From assembly GCA_049599895.1 (NCBI GenBank), contig JBMYPC010000017.1, forward strand, positions 1 through 32,829: 32,829 bases of DNA. The letters run 5' to 3'. This document shows positions 1 to 8,431 of this stretch, in pieces. The notes beneath the pieces were generated by a model, which saw only the letters and a list, made by a program, of their open reading frames with translations, was not told where the DNA came from and did not search any database. The position numbers and the translations under genes are program-made. The stretch comes from Bacteriovoracaceae bacterium. GTDB taxonomy: Bacteria; Bdellovibrionota; Bacteriovoracia; Bacteriovoracales; Bacteriovoracaceae. Numbering within the stretch: position 1 is the first letter of the stretch; each line of letters starts with the position of its first letter.

Positions 1-1008
1 ATCTCCAACTGATTTACCGATATAGGCACTGGCATCTGGAAAGATATAAAAAGCTCCCTCTGGTTCAGGGAAATCAAAGATCTGTGAGAAGAGTTTCACT
101 GTGAGCTCTTTTCTTTTTTGCATCTTTTCCTGAAGATCACTTATAATCTCTTGTTCAAAATCAAGAGCTTTAATGGCTCCCACTTGAGAAAACTCCGGAA
201 TGTTTCCAAGCATGTGACCTTGGAATTTATTAATCATAGAAATGACATCTTCTGAGGCCACAACGTAACCAACTCGAAAGCCTGTCATACAAAAAGATTT
301 TGAAAAGCTTTGAACAGTGAGAGTTCTTTTAAAGGCAGTTTCAGATAAAGCTGCAAAGTGGGTCATTTCATGTCCATCATAGACCATGCCTTCATAGGCT
401 TCATCGGCAATGACGATAAGATCGTATTCATCGGCAACTTTAGCAAGCTCTTTTAAACTCGATTCATGATAAACCCTACCTGAGGGGTTACAAGGAGAGT
501 TGATAATGATCGCTTTGGTTTTTTTAGTGATTGCTTTTTTTATTTCCTCAATATCAAGATCAAGGTTTTCATTAGTTGGGACAACTTTAGGAACGCCTCC
601 TGCAAGTTTGATACTTTCAGGGAATGTTACCCAAAATGGAGCGGGGATAAGAACTTCATCCCTCGGATTTAAAATTGTTTGAAAAACCGAGTAAAGAATA
701 TTTTTTGACCCTGAGCCTACTAGAATGTTCTTGCTTGTAAGTTTAAAGTTCCATTTTTTAGCACATCGTTTGGCGATCTTCTCTCGTAAATCATGAATTC
801 CTGAAACTAATGAATACTTTGTTTTCCCTTCATTTAAGGCTTCAATGGTGGCCTTAAGAATCGCAGGATGAGTTGAAAATTCAGGCTCTCCCACGTTTAA
901 AGAAAGTATTTTCTTTCCCTCAAGCTTAAGTTTATGAACTTCTGCCGCAAGACCGATACTCTTTGATTCTTCAATTTCAAGTACTCGGTCAGAAATCTGA
1001 GTTTTCAT
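1..1008 (-). CDS. PLP-dependent aminotransferase class I/II (aspartate aminotransferase-like); runs off the window edge
   Basis: Not in ORF track. Manual translation from ATG at 1008 gives MKTQISDRVLEIEESKSIGLAAEVHKLKLEGKKILSLNVGEPEF, with motifs TKYS, GSGSK, NSPCNPSG, DEAY, SFSKSFCMTGFRVGY (PLP lysine) and PEGAFYIF. Frame is open to position 1. Confidence 0.95.
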   Translation of the reverse strand, partial: MKTQISDRVLEIEESKSIGLAAEVHKLKLEGKKILSLNVGEPEFSTHPAILKATIEALNEGKTKYSLVSGIHDLREKIAKRCAKKWNFKLTSKNILVGSGSKNILYSVFQTILNPRDEVLIPAPFWVTFPESIKLAGGVPKVVPTNENLDLDIEEIKKAITKKTKAIIINSPCNPSGRVYHESSLKELAKVADEYDLIVIADEAYEGMVYDGHEMTHFAALSETAFKRTLTVQSFSKSFCMTGFRVGYVVASEDVISMINKFQGHMLGNIPEFSQVGAIKALDFEQEIISDLQEKMQKRKELTVKLFSQIFDFPEPEGAFYIFPDASAYIGKSVGD

Positions 1009-1034
1009 GGGAAGGTTTAACCTTTTAGATCAGC

Positions 1035-2117
1035 TTATTTCTGATCAATAATTTCCGTTTGAACTTTAACTGATTCAGAGTGAATGATCTGATAAAGCTC
1101 TCGAATGTAATCTTCAGAAAGGCCCAGAGAAGCAGCAATCTTGATTCGCTTGTTCATGAGGTCTTCCATTCTTCCCATTTGAAGAGGAGTGACATGAGCT
1201 TTACTCTTAAGGTCTCCAATCTTTTTAGCAACATCCATTCGATGTGAAAGAGCATCAATAAGTTCTTGGTCAATACGATCGATTTCAGATCTTAATTCGT
1301 CAAGGTGCTCTTCGTATTCTTTGTCTGTCGAGAAAGTTGATTTTCTATCCAGTTCTTTAAAGATTTTACCAAGGCGAGTAGGAGTGATCTGTTGAGCCGC
1401 ATCACTTAAGGCGGTATTAGGATTGATATGAGTTTCAACCATTAAACCATCAAGGTTGACATCAATGGCCTTTTGGCAAACTTTGGCAATAAGGTCTCGT
1501 TTTCCACCAATGTGACTTGGGTCACAGATAATCGGAAGATCTGGGTGGCGTCTTTTAAGCTCAATTGGCATTCTCCAAAGAGGGCGGTTTCGGTATTGTC
1601 CCTTAGATTCAGAAGCAAAGCCTCTGTGGATTGCACCGATTTTTGTTATTCCAACAGCGTATAGTCTTTCAATAGAGCCCATCCATAAAGCGAGGTCAGG
1701 GCTAATAGGATTTTTGACGAGAACAGGAATATCAATTCCTCTTAGTCGGTCAGCAATTTCTTGAACTGAAAATGGGTTAGCAGTAGTTCTCGCTCCAATC
1801 CAGAGGATATCAACCCCATATTTAAGCGCTAAGCCTACATGTTCGGCGTTGGCAACTTCACAGGTTGTGAAAAAGCCATATTTTTCTTTAACTTCTTGAA
1901 GCCATGGTAGGGCCTCTTCTCCACGCCCTTCAAAAGTTCCCGGTCTTGTTCTTGGTTTCCACACTCCAGCGCGAAAGATTTTAACTGACGAATCATTTTC
2001 AGAAATAAGTCTTGCCGTTTCTAAAACCTGCTCACGAGATTCAGCACTACAAGGTCCAGCGATATTATAAAGATCGTTATTAAATCCAGGCCATTTTTCT
2101 AAAGGGACGAAATTCAT
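1035..2117 (-). CDS. Bifunctional DAHP synthase (type I-beta) with C-terminal chorismate mutase
   Basis: Motifs IAGPCSAES, RAGVWKPRTRP, IGART, DPSH, GLMVETH, SDAAQQ. C-terminal AroQ-like segment LDELRSEIDRIDQELIDALSHRM. SD AAGGA upstream. Confidence 0.93.
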   Translation of the reverse strand: MNFVPLEKWPGFNNDLYNIAGPCSAESREQVLETARLISENDSSVKIFRAGVWKPRTRPGTFEGRGEEALPWLQEVKEKYGFFTTCEVANAEHVGLALKYGVDILWIGARTTANPFSVQEIADRLRGIDIPVLVKNPISPDLALWMGSIERLYAVGITKIGAIHRGFASESKGQYRNRPLWRMPIELKRRHPDLPIICDPSHIGGKRDLIAKVCQKAIDVNLDGLMVETHINPNTALSDAAQQITPTRLGKIFKELDRKSTFSTDKEYEEHLDELRSEIDRIDQELIDALSHRMDVAKKIGDLKSKAHVTPLQMGRMEDLMNKRIKIAASLGLSEDYIRELYQIIHSESVKVQTEIIDQK

Positions 2118-2287
2118 ACTTATTCCTTTTTTGTATTTAGTGCTTCTTGATAAATGTCAGTTTTTTATATTCTATGCGTTAATCGGTATTTCACCTATCG
2201 CTGAGGAGAGACTTTCATAGTCGTCTGACATTTAGTCATTTTTATTGAAATATCAGAAAGATAGCCGACCCTAAAGATGCTAAGTAT

Positions 2288-2315
2288 CTAATAGTTGGTA
2301 CAAGAGAGCTGTCAA
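2288..2315 (-). promoter_or_regulatory. Possible sigma70 promoter for the DAHP synthase/aminotransferase operon
   Basis: Perfect TTGACA (2315-2310), 16-nt spacer, weak -10 TATTAG. Confidence 0.35.
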
Positions 2316-2440
2316 TTTTCACAAAGGAAAGATTTTGAATGTAAGAAGAAGTTAAAAATCACCTTATAAAAAGACGTAATTCTTATAGAATCTATGGAGC
2401 CTCCTTCTCAGTTCATGTTACACAGCTTAGCTTATTTCTC

Positions 2441-3760
2441 ATGATTGAGCGTAGAATTCATTTGTGGGGGATGTTTTTAGCGGTATTGCTTGTCTCAGTC
2501 GATCTTCACGCCAATTGCTTAGAACTCATTTTTAAAAGTTCCTCTAAAGAAAGCATAGTTTATGATCGAAACTTCTACCCACAAGTTAGTAAGTATGATT
2601 TTTTAAAAGAGATTAATCTCTTAGAAATTGAAAAGGTTTCTAAGGAGAAGTTTCATCGCGACCTCATAAGAGTAGGGGATCATCCCTTACTAGGATATTA
2701 TCTCGAGTTCATTCAGGGACAAAGAAAAGTGAAGCAGACCAAAGCTCTAGATGCTATTGGTGAACTTTCTCGAATTGAGACTAGTGAAAACTCATTTATG
2801 AAAAGGTTTCGAAAGATTGTTGAAAAGGTCGAGAAAAGAAAAGGCCAATTTCAAGAGTCTTATTCTGGAGACCTTGCAAAGATCAGGCTCAATAGCCGGA
2901 ATTTTAGAAATGCGGCCATGCAATGCCGCTCAAAGCATTCTAATGATCTTAAGAAAAAGGCAGCAAAGATTTTCACACCCTTTTTGGTGGGAATGGGAAC
3001 AGGTGTTTCTGTAGTGACCTTTGCCTCAGCTCAAAATGGTGAGATGACCAGCCAGAAGTGGTGGCAGATTGGTTATGAACTCACTCGTGGCGCTATTCTT
3101 GCGACTTTCTCGGCGAGGATATTTGCTAATACTAACAACCACATGTTTAAAAATTGGCTTAAGTCTTATTTCTTGGTCTATCGAAGCTCTGCCCTTATCG
3201 ATATCCCTGTTTTTTCAGCTTTTTTCAGCGGAGATAAAAAGGAGATGGAAGCTAAGTTAATGGAGAGGTGGAGCTCCCCGGAAGAAAAAATAAAACTGAA
3301 AAACCTTATTAAAATTTATGAAAATCCTAGCTGGGGACAGAAGTTCAAGCTTGAGCTTGAGAAGTGGAAAGAAATAATCTTTTCAAAAGTTTCTCATGAG
3401 GAGCTCATGCAAAATTTTAAGATCATTAAAGAAATAGATGAAAAGTTTGAACTCGATGACGAGACCTTAAAAGATCTCTTGATCTTATTGATGATAATGG
3501 AAGAGTATGAAGCGACCTCTGAAGAAAGGCTTTTCAGTACCGGTGATGTGGGAATTGACAAAAATATCTTTACAGCTGGCTATGCTGCCGTAACTTTTCC
3601 TATTGAAGCTTGGGCGCCAACAAAGATTTTTCATATCATTTGTGAGAATTCTTTTCAGCCAGGTGTTGCCATGGTTAAGGGATTCGGTTTTTATATTCTC
3701 TATCGATTTCTCTCTGATGGTATCTGGTATGAAGTCCGTAAACGCTCAGTGGATTTATAG
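2441..3760 (+). CDS. Hypothetical exported/membrane protein
   Basis: 439-aa ORF with signal-peptide-like N-terminus (LAVLLVSVDLHA-NC) and several hydrophobic or amphipathic segments. No family recognised. Confidence 0.75.
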   Translation: MIERRIHLWGMFLAVLLVSVDLHANCLELIFKSSSKESIVYDRNFYPQVSKYDFLKEINLLEIEKVSKEKFHRDLIRVGDHPLLGYYLEFIQGQRKVKQTKALDAIGELSRIETSENSFMKRFRKIVEKVEKRKGQFQESYSGDLAKIRLNSRNFRNAAMQCRSKHSNDLKKKAAKIFTPFLVGMGTGVSVVTFASAQNGEMTSQKWWQIGYELTRGAILATFSARIFANTNNHMFKNWLKSYFLVYRSSALIDIPVFSAFFSGDKKEMEAKLMERWSSPEEKIKLKNLIKIYENPSWGQKFKLELEKWKEIIFSKVSHEELMQNFKIIKEIDEKFELDDETLKDLLILLMIMEEYEATSEERLFSTGDVGIDKNIFTAGYAAVTFPIEAWAPTKIFHIICENSFQPGVAMVKGFGFYILYRFLSDGIWYEVRKRSVDL

Positions 3761-3790
3761 ACTCTCTCAACTAAAGCTAAAGGACGTTCT

Positions 3791-4072
3791 TTGAAAGTAA
3801 GAAGAAATATCAATTGGCCCTTAAGATGGTTTAACCTGACCATTATCGTGCTTTCTGTTCTTGTGATTTATCAATTCTATAAAGAAGAAATACTCAAGTG
3901 GAGTTGTTACGAAGAACCTAATTCTGCGTCTTGTCACCTACTAGGAGACTATTATTTTTCAAATGGTGAAAAGTCTAATGCTCTTGAGGCTTGGCGGTTT
4001 GGCTGTGAGAATGAGTATGAGAGGGCTTGCCAGAGTTACAATCTTTATAAGTCAAAAAAGCCTGAGCTTTAA
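3791..4072 (+). CDS. Small membrane-anchored Cys-containing Sel1-like repeat protein
   Basis: N-terminal TM helix followed by CYEEPNSASCHLLGDYY...AWRFGCENEYERAC, the pattern of Hcp-type Sel1 repeats. Confidence 0.7.
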   Translation: MKVRRNINWPLRWFNLTIIVLSVLVIYQFYKEEILKWSCYEEPNSASCHLLGDYYFSNGEKSNALEAWRFGCENEYERACQSYNLYKSKKPEL

Positions 4073-4124
4073 TCTCAAACAAAAGACTCTAGAAAGTTGT
4101 AAAGAATTTTAGTATAAATTTCTC

Positions 4125-4364
4125 ATGGGTCTTATAAGATTAATAATTGAAATTTATATTTACGTTTTACTTGCAGATGCAGTTTTAAGTTTTCTCCCGC
4201 AATTCAAATCTCATCAGGCTGCTGTTGCGGTTCGAAAACTTTCAGACCTTACATGCAAGCCCATTAGAAAACTTCTTCCAAGTGATATGTCATCACGTTT
4301 TCCCTTTGATTTTTCTCCTTTGATTGCCATCGTTGTTCTTAGATTGTTTGTCGCTCTGTTTTAA
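4125..4364 (+). CDS. yggT: YggT family membrane protein
   Basis: 79 aa. IYIYVLLADAVLSF...LTCKPIRKLLP...FDFSPLIAIVVL matches the YggT pattern. Confidence 0.9.
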   Translation: MGLIRLIIEIYIYVLLADAVLSFLPQFKSHQAAVAVRKLSDLTCKPIRKLLPSDMSSRFPFDFSPLIAIVVLRLFVALF

Positions 4365-4429
4365 TTTGCGCTTTTAGTTAATTATTGGATAGAATTAAGC
4401 AAGAAAGTATTTCGGGGATATACGTTCAT

Positions 4430-5347
4430 ATGGATATGACACAATTATCATTAGACCAACTTGCCAATGAAACAATTCATTTGAGTCAAAAGCTCAGAGA
4501 TAATACAGAGTTTAAAATTGAAGATCTGCATGATTTCTCTGAAGAAGTTGAAAAACATTGTGAGAAACATTGTGAAGAAGAGATCAGAGAAGAAGCTCTA
4601 GAAGAGAGCGAACTTTCTTCTGACCTTGAAGTTCATGAGTTACCAAATAAGCCTGGGATTATCTTTCACTTAAGTCTTGCTGGGGGAACATTTATTTTAA
4701 GGGCCCTTGCAACAGACTCTATTGAGAATGTTTGGCCTAAAATAATGGATGAACCAAAGTCAAAAGAGTTTAAATCATTAAAGCTCTCTGGGGACTTTGA
4801 TTTTTCAAAACTTCAGTACTATCCGGTTGAGCGATTTGAACAAGCAGAAGTTTTAAAAGAGCATTTTAGTAATAGACGAATTCCTATTGATGAAGATGTT
4901 CTCTGTAATATTGGAGATCCTGGCTTTAGCTGGTGGCTAGACTTAAAACCAGCATCAGTCAGTGTGTATTTTAAAAGTCATGGTGTTGAGTGTTCCAAGA
5001 ATTACTTAAGACTAGGGCCTTTGAGTGATCTTTCAATTTTTCAAAGCCGCTTTAAAAGAGTTGTTGAAAGATTGAATCAAATTGATTCTCTTGGAATTTC
5101 TTGTGATGAGAAATGCTTGTCGTTGAAGTGTTCAAAGCCTCATCTTCCAATCTTTCAAGAACTGAAGAATCTATTTCTCTCTGGTGCTTGGAGTTCAAGT
5201 GGGGATCTCTATTCGAGTCTTGAAAAGAATACGACTTTAAGGCTTTTCTTAGAAGAAATTGCACTAGTTCGAAGATTTTGGCTTGAAGTTGAAAAAGAAA
5301 TCAATTTTTCCACAGAAAAGCTATCAACCGCGACGAAAGTCCAGTAA
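4430..5347 (+). CDS. Hypothetical protein, possibly with a degenerate UvrC-type GIY-YIG region
   Basis: ORF track 4385-5347; ATG at 4430 preferred over TTG 4385. Acidic N-terminus followed by LPNKPGII...LGPL spacing reminiscent of the UvrC N-terminus. Confidence 0.65.
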   Translation: MDMTQLSLDQLANETIHLSQKLRDNTEFKIEDLHDFSEEVEKHCEKHCEEEIREEALEESELSSDLEVHELPNKPGIIFHLSLAGGTFILRALATDSIENVWPKIMDEPKSKEFKSLKLSGDFDFSKLQYYPVERFEQAEVLKEHFSNRRIPIDEDVLCNIGDPGFSWWLDLKPASVSVYFKSHGVECSKNYLRLGPLSDLSIFQSRFKRVVERLNQIDSLGISCDEKCLSLKCSKPHLPIFQELKNLFLSGAWSSSGDLYSSLEKNTTLRLFLEEIALVRRFWLEVEKEINFSTEKLSTATKVQ

Positions 5348-5381
5348 ACCCTGCCATTTTCATAGGATTTTTCAAAGCTTG

Positions 5382-5390
5382 TGGTAAAAT
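5382..5390 (+). promoter_or_regulatory. Extended -10 sigma70 promoter upstream of ftsB-like gene
   Basis: TG-G-TAAAAT about 30 nt before the GTG start; SD AAGGA follows. Confidence 0.5.
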
Positions 5391-5421
5391 GTCTAAGTAG
5401 GACAATTTAAAGGATTGGGTT

Positions 5422-6039
5422 GTGCCATTAACATCAAATCAAGATTCCATTTCAAGTGATCGTTTAAGAAAAGCCATTGAAAGAAATAGAGCAAAGCAGG
5501 CCAAAAAGTCAGGTCTCAGCAGTCTTAAATCTACAGTGAACTCAAGTTCTGGCTACAAACAACAAACCATGAACTTCTCAGCTAATAAAACGGCCAGCCG
5601 AACTCATGTGGCCACACATAATATGGAACCTGAGTTCGTAAGACCCAAAAGAGCAAAGAGGCGAGTTCAGGCTAATAAACTTCCTGTTAAGGCCAAATCA
5701 ACAACTCCCACAAAGCAAAGAAAAAAAAGAAAGCTTAGTAAAAAAAGAACTGATCTTTTTTATAAAGTGAGCTGGGGATTTCTTGCGATAATTGCCCTAA
5801 GGTTAATTTTCGCCGAAAGAGGCATCCTTGATTATTTTGCTCTTCAAGACCTTATTGATCATAAAAAAGAGATGATTGTTGAAACTCAAAATGAAAATCT
5901 TGAGCTACGACGAGAAATCGTTCTGATTCGAAAAGATGCTCATTATCAACGTAAAGTTGTAAGAGATAACCTTGGGTTTATTTCTGAGAATGAGTATCTT
6001 GTTGTATTTTCTGAAGAGAGCGGCGATCAAGCCAATTAA
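5422..6039 (+). CDS. ftsB: Septum formation initiator (FtsB/DivIC family) with long basic N-terminal extension
   Basis: TM helix ending IFAERGILDY, coiled coil ETQNENLELRREI, and VRDNLGFISENEYLVVF. Confidence 0.82.
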   Translation: MPLTSNQDSISSDRLRKAIERNRAKQAKKSGLSSLKSTVNSSSGYKQQTMNFSANKTASRTHVATHNMEPEFVRPKRAKRRVQANKLPVKAKSTTPTKQRKKRKLSKKRTDLFYKVSWGFLAIIALRLIFAERGILDYFALQDLIDHKKEMIVETQNENLELRREIVLIRKDAHYQRKVVRDNLGFISENEYLVVFSEESGDQAN

Positions 6040-6541
6040 GCTTATCTAAAAGTTTTATTTTTTTTGAAAGCTCTGAACTTGATTTCAGCTCCAAAATATA
6101 TTGAGCAATAATCGTTGGTGTACGCATAATCGGCGGAGGTTCTTGTCTTCCTGGATGGGCCTTCATATTTCTTTCGATATGGACAACCTGAAGGTTTTTA
6201 TTAAGAAAGAAGATATCGAGATCCATATAGGTATCTGGCATCCAAAAGGACTTAGGACTTTCTTTTTGATTGATAAAGAGCATTCCCCAATTATCTTTCC
6301 ACTGATGACCCTTGATGCCACTTAGGCCAAGACTTTGCTCTTTTGATGTTATTGCCAGCTGAACAACGAATTCATTTTCTGAAACTTTTACTTTGTAGAG
6401 CTTCGGGTCATTTAACCTTGGGTCCTTGCTTTCATAGGTATTATCTGCACTGTGGCAAGCAGAGATAAAAAATAAGGCGAAACCTAGAAGGTAATGGCCA
6501 AATGTTGTAGCTGTGGATAAATTAATGCGAGCTAAGTTCAT
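5978..6541 (-). CDS. DUF192 domain putative lipoprotein
   Basis: QSLGLSG, GMLF, FWMPDTYMDLDIFFLN, YILEL; lipobox-like FISAC. Confidence 0.88.
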   Translation of the reverse strand: MNLARINLSTATTFGHYLLGFALFFISACHSADNTYESKDPRLNDPKLYKVKVSENEFVVQLAITSKEQSLGLSGIKGHQWKDNWGMLFINQKESPKSFWMPDTYMDLDIFFLNKNLQVVHIERNMKAHPGRQEPPPIMRTPTIIAQYILELKSSSELSKKIKLLDKLNWLDRRSLQKIQQDTHSQK

Positions 6542-6631
6542 GATTCAATATTCTACAGAATAGGGTGTTATTCGAAAATGGATATTTAGCTGAAAATAAC
6601 AATCAACCCATTAATATTATTAAAAAAGAGA

Positions 6632-8431
6632 ATGGAAATTATGTCTGGATCAAAAGTTGATAACTCAGCGCTTCTTAAAACTCATCATTGCGGAAGCCTC
6701 ACTAAGGAAGACTCTGGCAAAGAAGTAACTCTTTGTGGTTGGGTGAATAAAAAAAGAGACCTTGGGGGACTGACGTTTATTGACCTTAGAGATAAGCACG
6801 GTCTTATTCAACTTGGCTTTGAAAATTTCACTGCTGATATTGATACTGTTAAAAAGTGTCCGACTGAGTCTGTTGTGAAAATTACGGGATTAGTTGGGGC
6901 AAGACCAGAATCTGCTGTTAATAAAGATATGAAGACAGGAGAGGTTGAAGTTCAAGTAACGGCTTTCGAAGTCCTCTCAGAATGCGATATTGATAATATC
7001 CCTATCCTTCCAAGTGCAAAAAAAGAAGCGACTGAAGATCAACGTTTGAAATACCGCTACCTTGATCTGAGAAGTGAGCATTTGCAAAATATTTTAGCGA
7101 TTAGATCTAATGTGATGAAGAAGACGAGAAACTTTCTCTATAATGAGGATTTTACAGAAGTCGAAACTCCCATTCTTTATAAATCAACTCCTGAAGGGGC
7201 AAGGGATTATCTTGTTCCTAGTCGTGTTCATCCAGGTAGAGTTTACGCTCTTCCACAATCACCTCAAACTTTGAAACAACTTCTTATGATTGGTGGAACA
7301 GATAAGTATTTTCAAATCTGTCGCTGTTTTAGAGATGAAGATTTAAGAGCTGATCGACAACCCGAGTTTTCTCAAATTGATATTGAAGTTTCTTTTGCTA
7401 CTCAAGACTATTTAAAAAGTCTTGCCCTTAGTCTTTGTGAAGATGTTTTTGAATCAAAAGTTGATCTTCCTATTATGACTTTTGATGAGGCGATGGAAAA
7501 ATATGGTTCTGACAAACCTGATCTTCGCTTTGGACTAGAGCATCGAATTGTGACTGATCTTTTTACATCCACTGACTTTGGAGTTTTCAAATCAGTGGTT
7601 GAAGCAAAAGGTCTTATTAAAGCGATTTTTGTCGAAGCGAGCTTAGGGACATTTTCAAGAAAAGAGCTCGATGGTCTTACTGATGTGGTGAGGCCCTATG
7701 GTGGAAAAGGGGTTGCCTTCTTTAAAGTTGAATCAGGGAAGCGAACGGGAGGAATCTCAAAGTTTATTACTGACCAAGTTTATGCAGGCTTAAATGAATC
7801 AGGCGATGGAACGTGGCTTTTCTTTGCTGATGGAGACAAAACCGTTTCTCACGCCTCAGCTGATGCTGTTCGAAGACATCTTGCAGAGAAATTAAAGCTT
7901 CATTCAAATGAGAGAAAGTTTGTTTGGATTAAAGACTTTCCACTCTTTGAGTGGGCAAAAGAAGACGAAAGAGTTGTCGCAAGACACCATCCCTTTACGA
8001 TGCCTAAGATCAATCAAGTTGATGAGTTTTTAAATGCGACTCTTGAAAATACTGAAGAAAATATCGAAAAGCTTCTCAATATTAAAGCCGAAGCTTATGA
8101 CCTTGTTTGCAATGGTTACGAACTTGCAGGTGGCTCCATTAGGATTCATAGAGGAGATGTTCAGCAGAAAATGTTTGAGCTTCTTGGAATGGATCAAGAA
8201 GAGATCAATCATCAATTTGGCTTTTTTGTCGAGGCCTTAAAGTATGGTACTCCTCCTCATGGTGGCCTTGCCTTTGGTCTTGATCGACTGGTCATGCTTG
8301 TGGTGGGGACGGATTCGATTCGAGACGTGATTGCTTTTCCAAAAACCACATCGGCAACGGATCTCATGGCAAGTTCTCCTTCTGCTCCAGCCGAGAAACA
8401 AATTGAAGAGCTTCATTTTAAGTGGCGCTAG
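6632..8431 (+). CDS. aspS: Aspartate--tRNA ligase
   Basis: KTHHCG, RDLGGLTFIDLRD, RLKYRYLDLR, TPEGARDYLVPSR, LPQSPQ, FRDEDLRADRQPEF, PPHGGLAFGLDR, IRDVIAFPKT. Start may be ATG 6641. Confidence 0.98.
   Translation: MEIMSGSKVDNSALLKTHHCGSLTKEDSGKEVTLCGWVNKKRDLGGLTFIDLRDKHGLIQLGFENFTADIDTVKKCPTESVVKITGLVGARPESAVNKDMKTGEVEVQVTAFEVLSECDIDNIPILPSAKKEATEDQRLKYRYLDLRSEHLQNILAIRSNVMKKTRNFLYNEDFTEVETPILYKSTPEGARDYLVPSRVHPGRVYALPQSPQTLKQLLMIGGTDKYFQICRCFRDEDLRADRQPEFSQIDIEVSFATQDYLKSLALSLCEDVFESKVDLPIMTFDEAMEKYGSDKPDLRFGLEHRIVTDLFTSTDFGVFKSVVEAKGLIKAIFVEASLGTFSRKELDGLTDVVRPYGGKGVAFFKVESGKRTGGISKFITDQVYAGLNESGDGTWLFFADGDKTVSHASADAVRRHLAEKLKLHSNERKFVWIKDFPLFEWAKEDERVVARHHPFTMPKINQVDEFLNATLENTEENIEKLLNIKAEAYDLVCNGYELAGGSIRIHRGDVQQKMFELLGMDQEEINHQFGFFVEALKYGTPPHGGLAFGLDRLVMLVVGTDSIRDVIAFPKTTSATDLMASSPSAPAEKQIEELHFKWR

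Noticed and set aside
500..682. 60-aa + strand ORF
   Set aside because: Antisense shadow of the aminotransferase gene.
2200..2240. Glycine riboswitch (GGAGAGAC...GTC on the + strand) or complete T-box (- strand)
   Set aside because: The CCGAAG and CTCTCAGG cores are missing, and there is no T-box antiterminator sequence.
6632..6920. Non-discriminating AspRS
   Set aside because: Has RDLGG rather than the RDHGG signature, so it is probably an ordinary discriminating enzyme.
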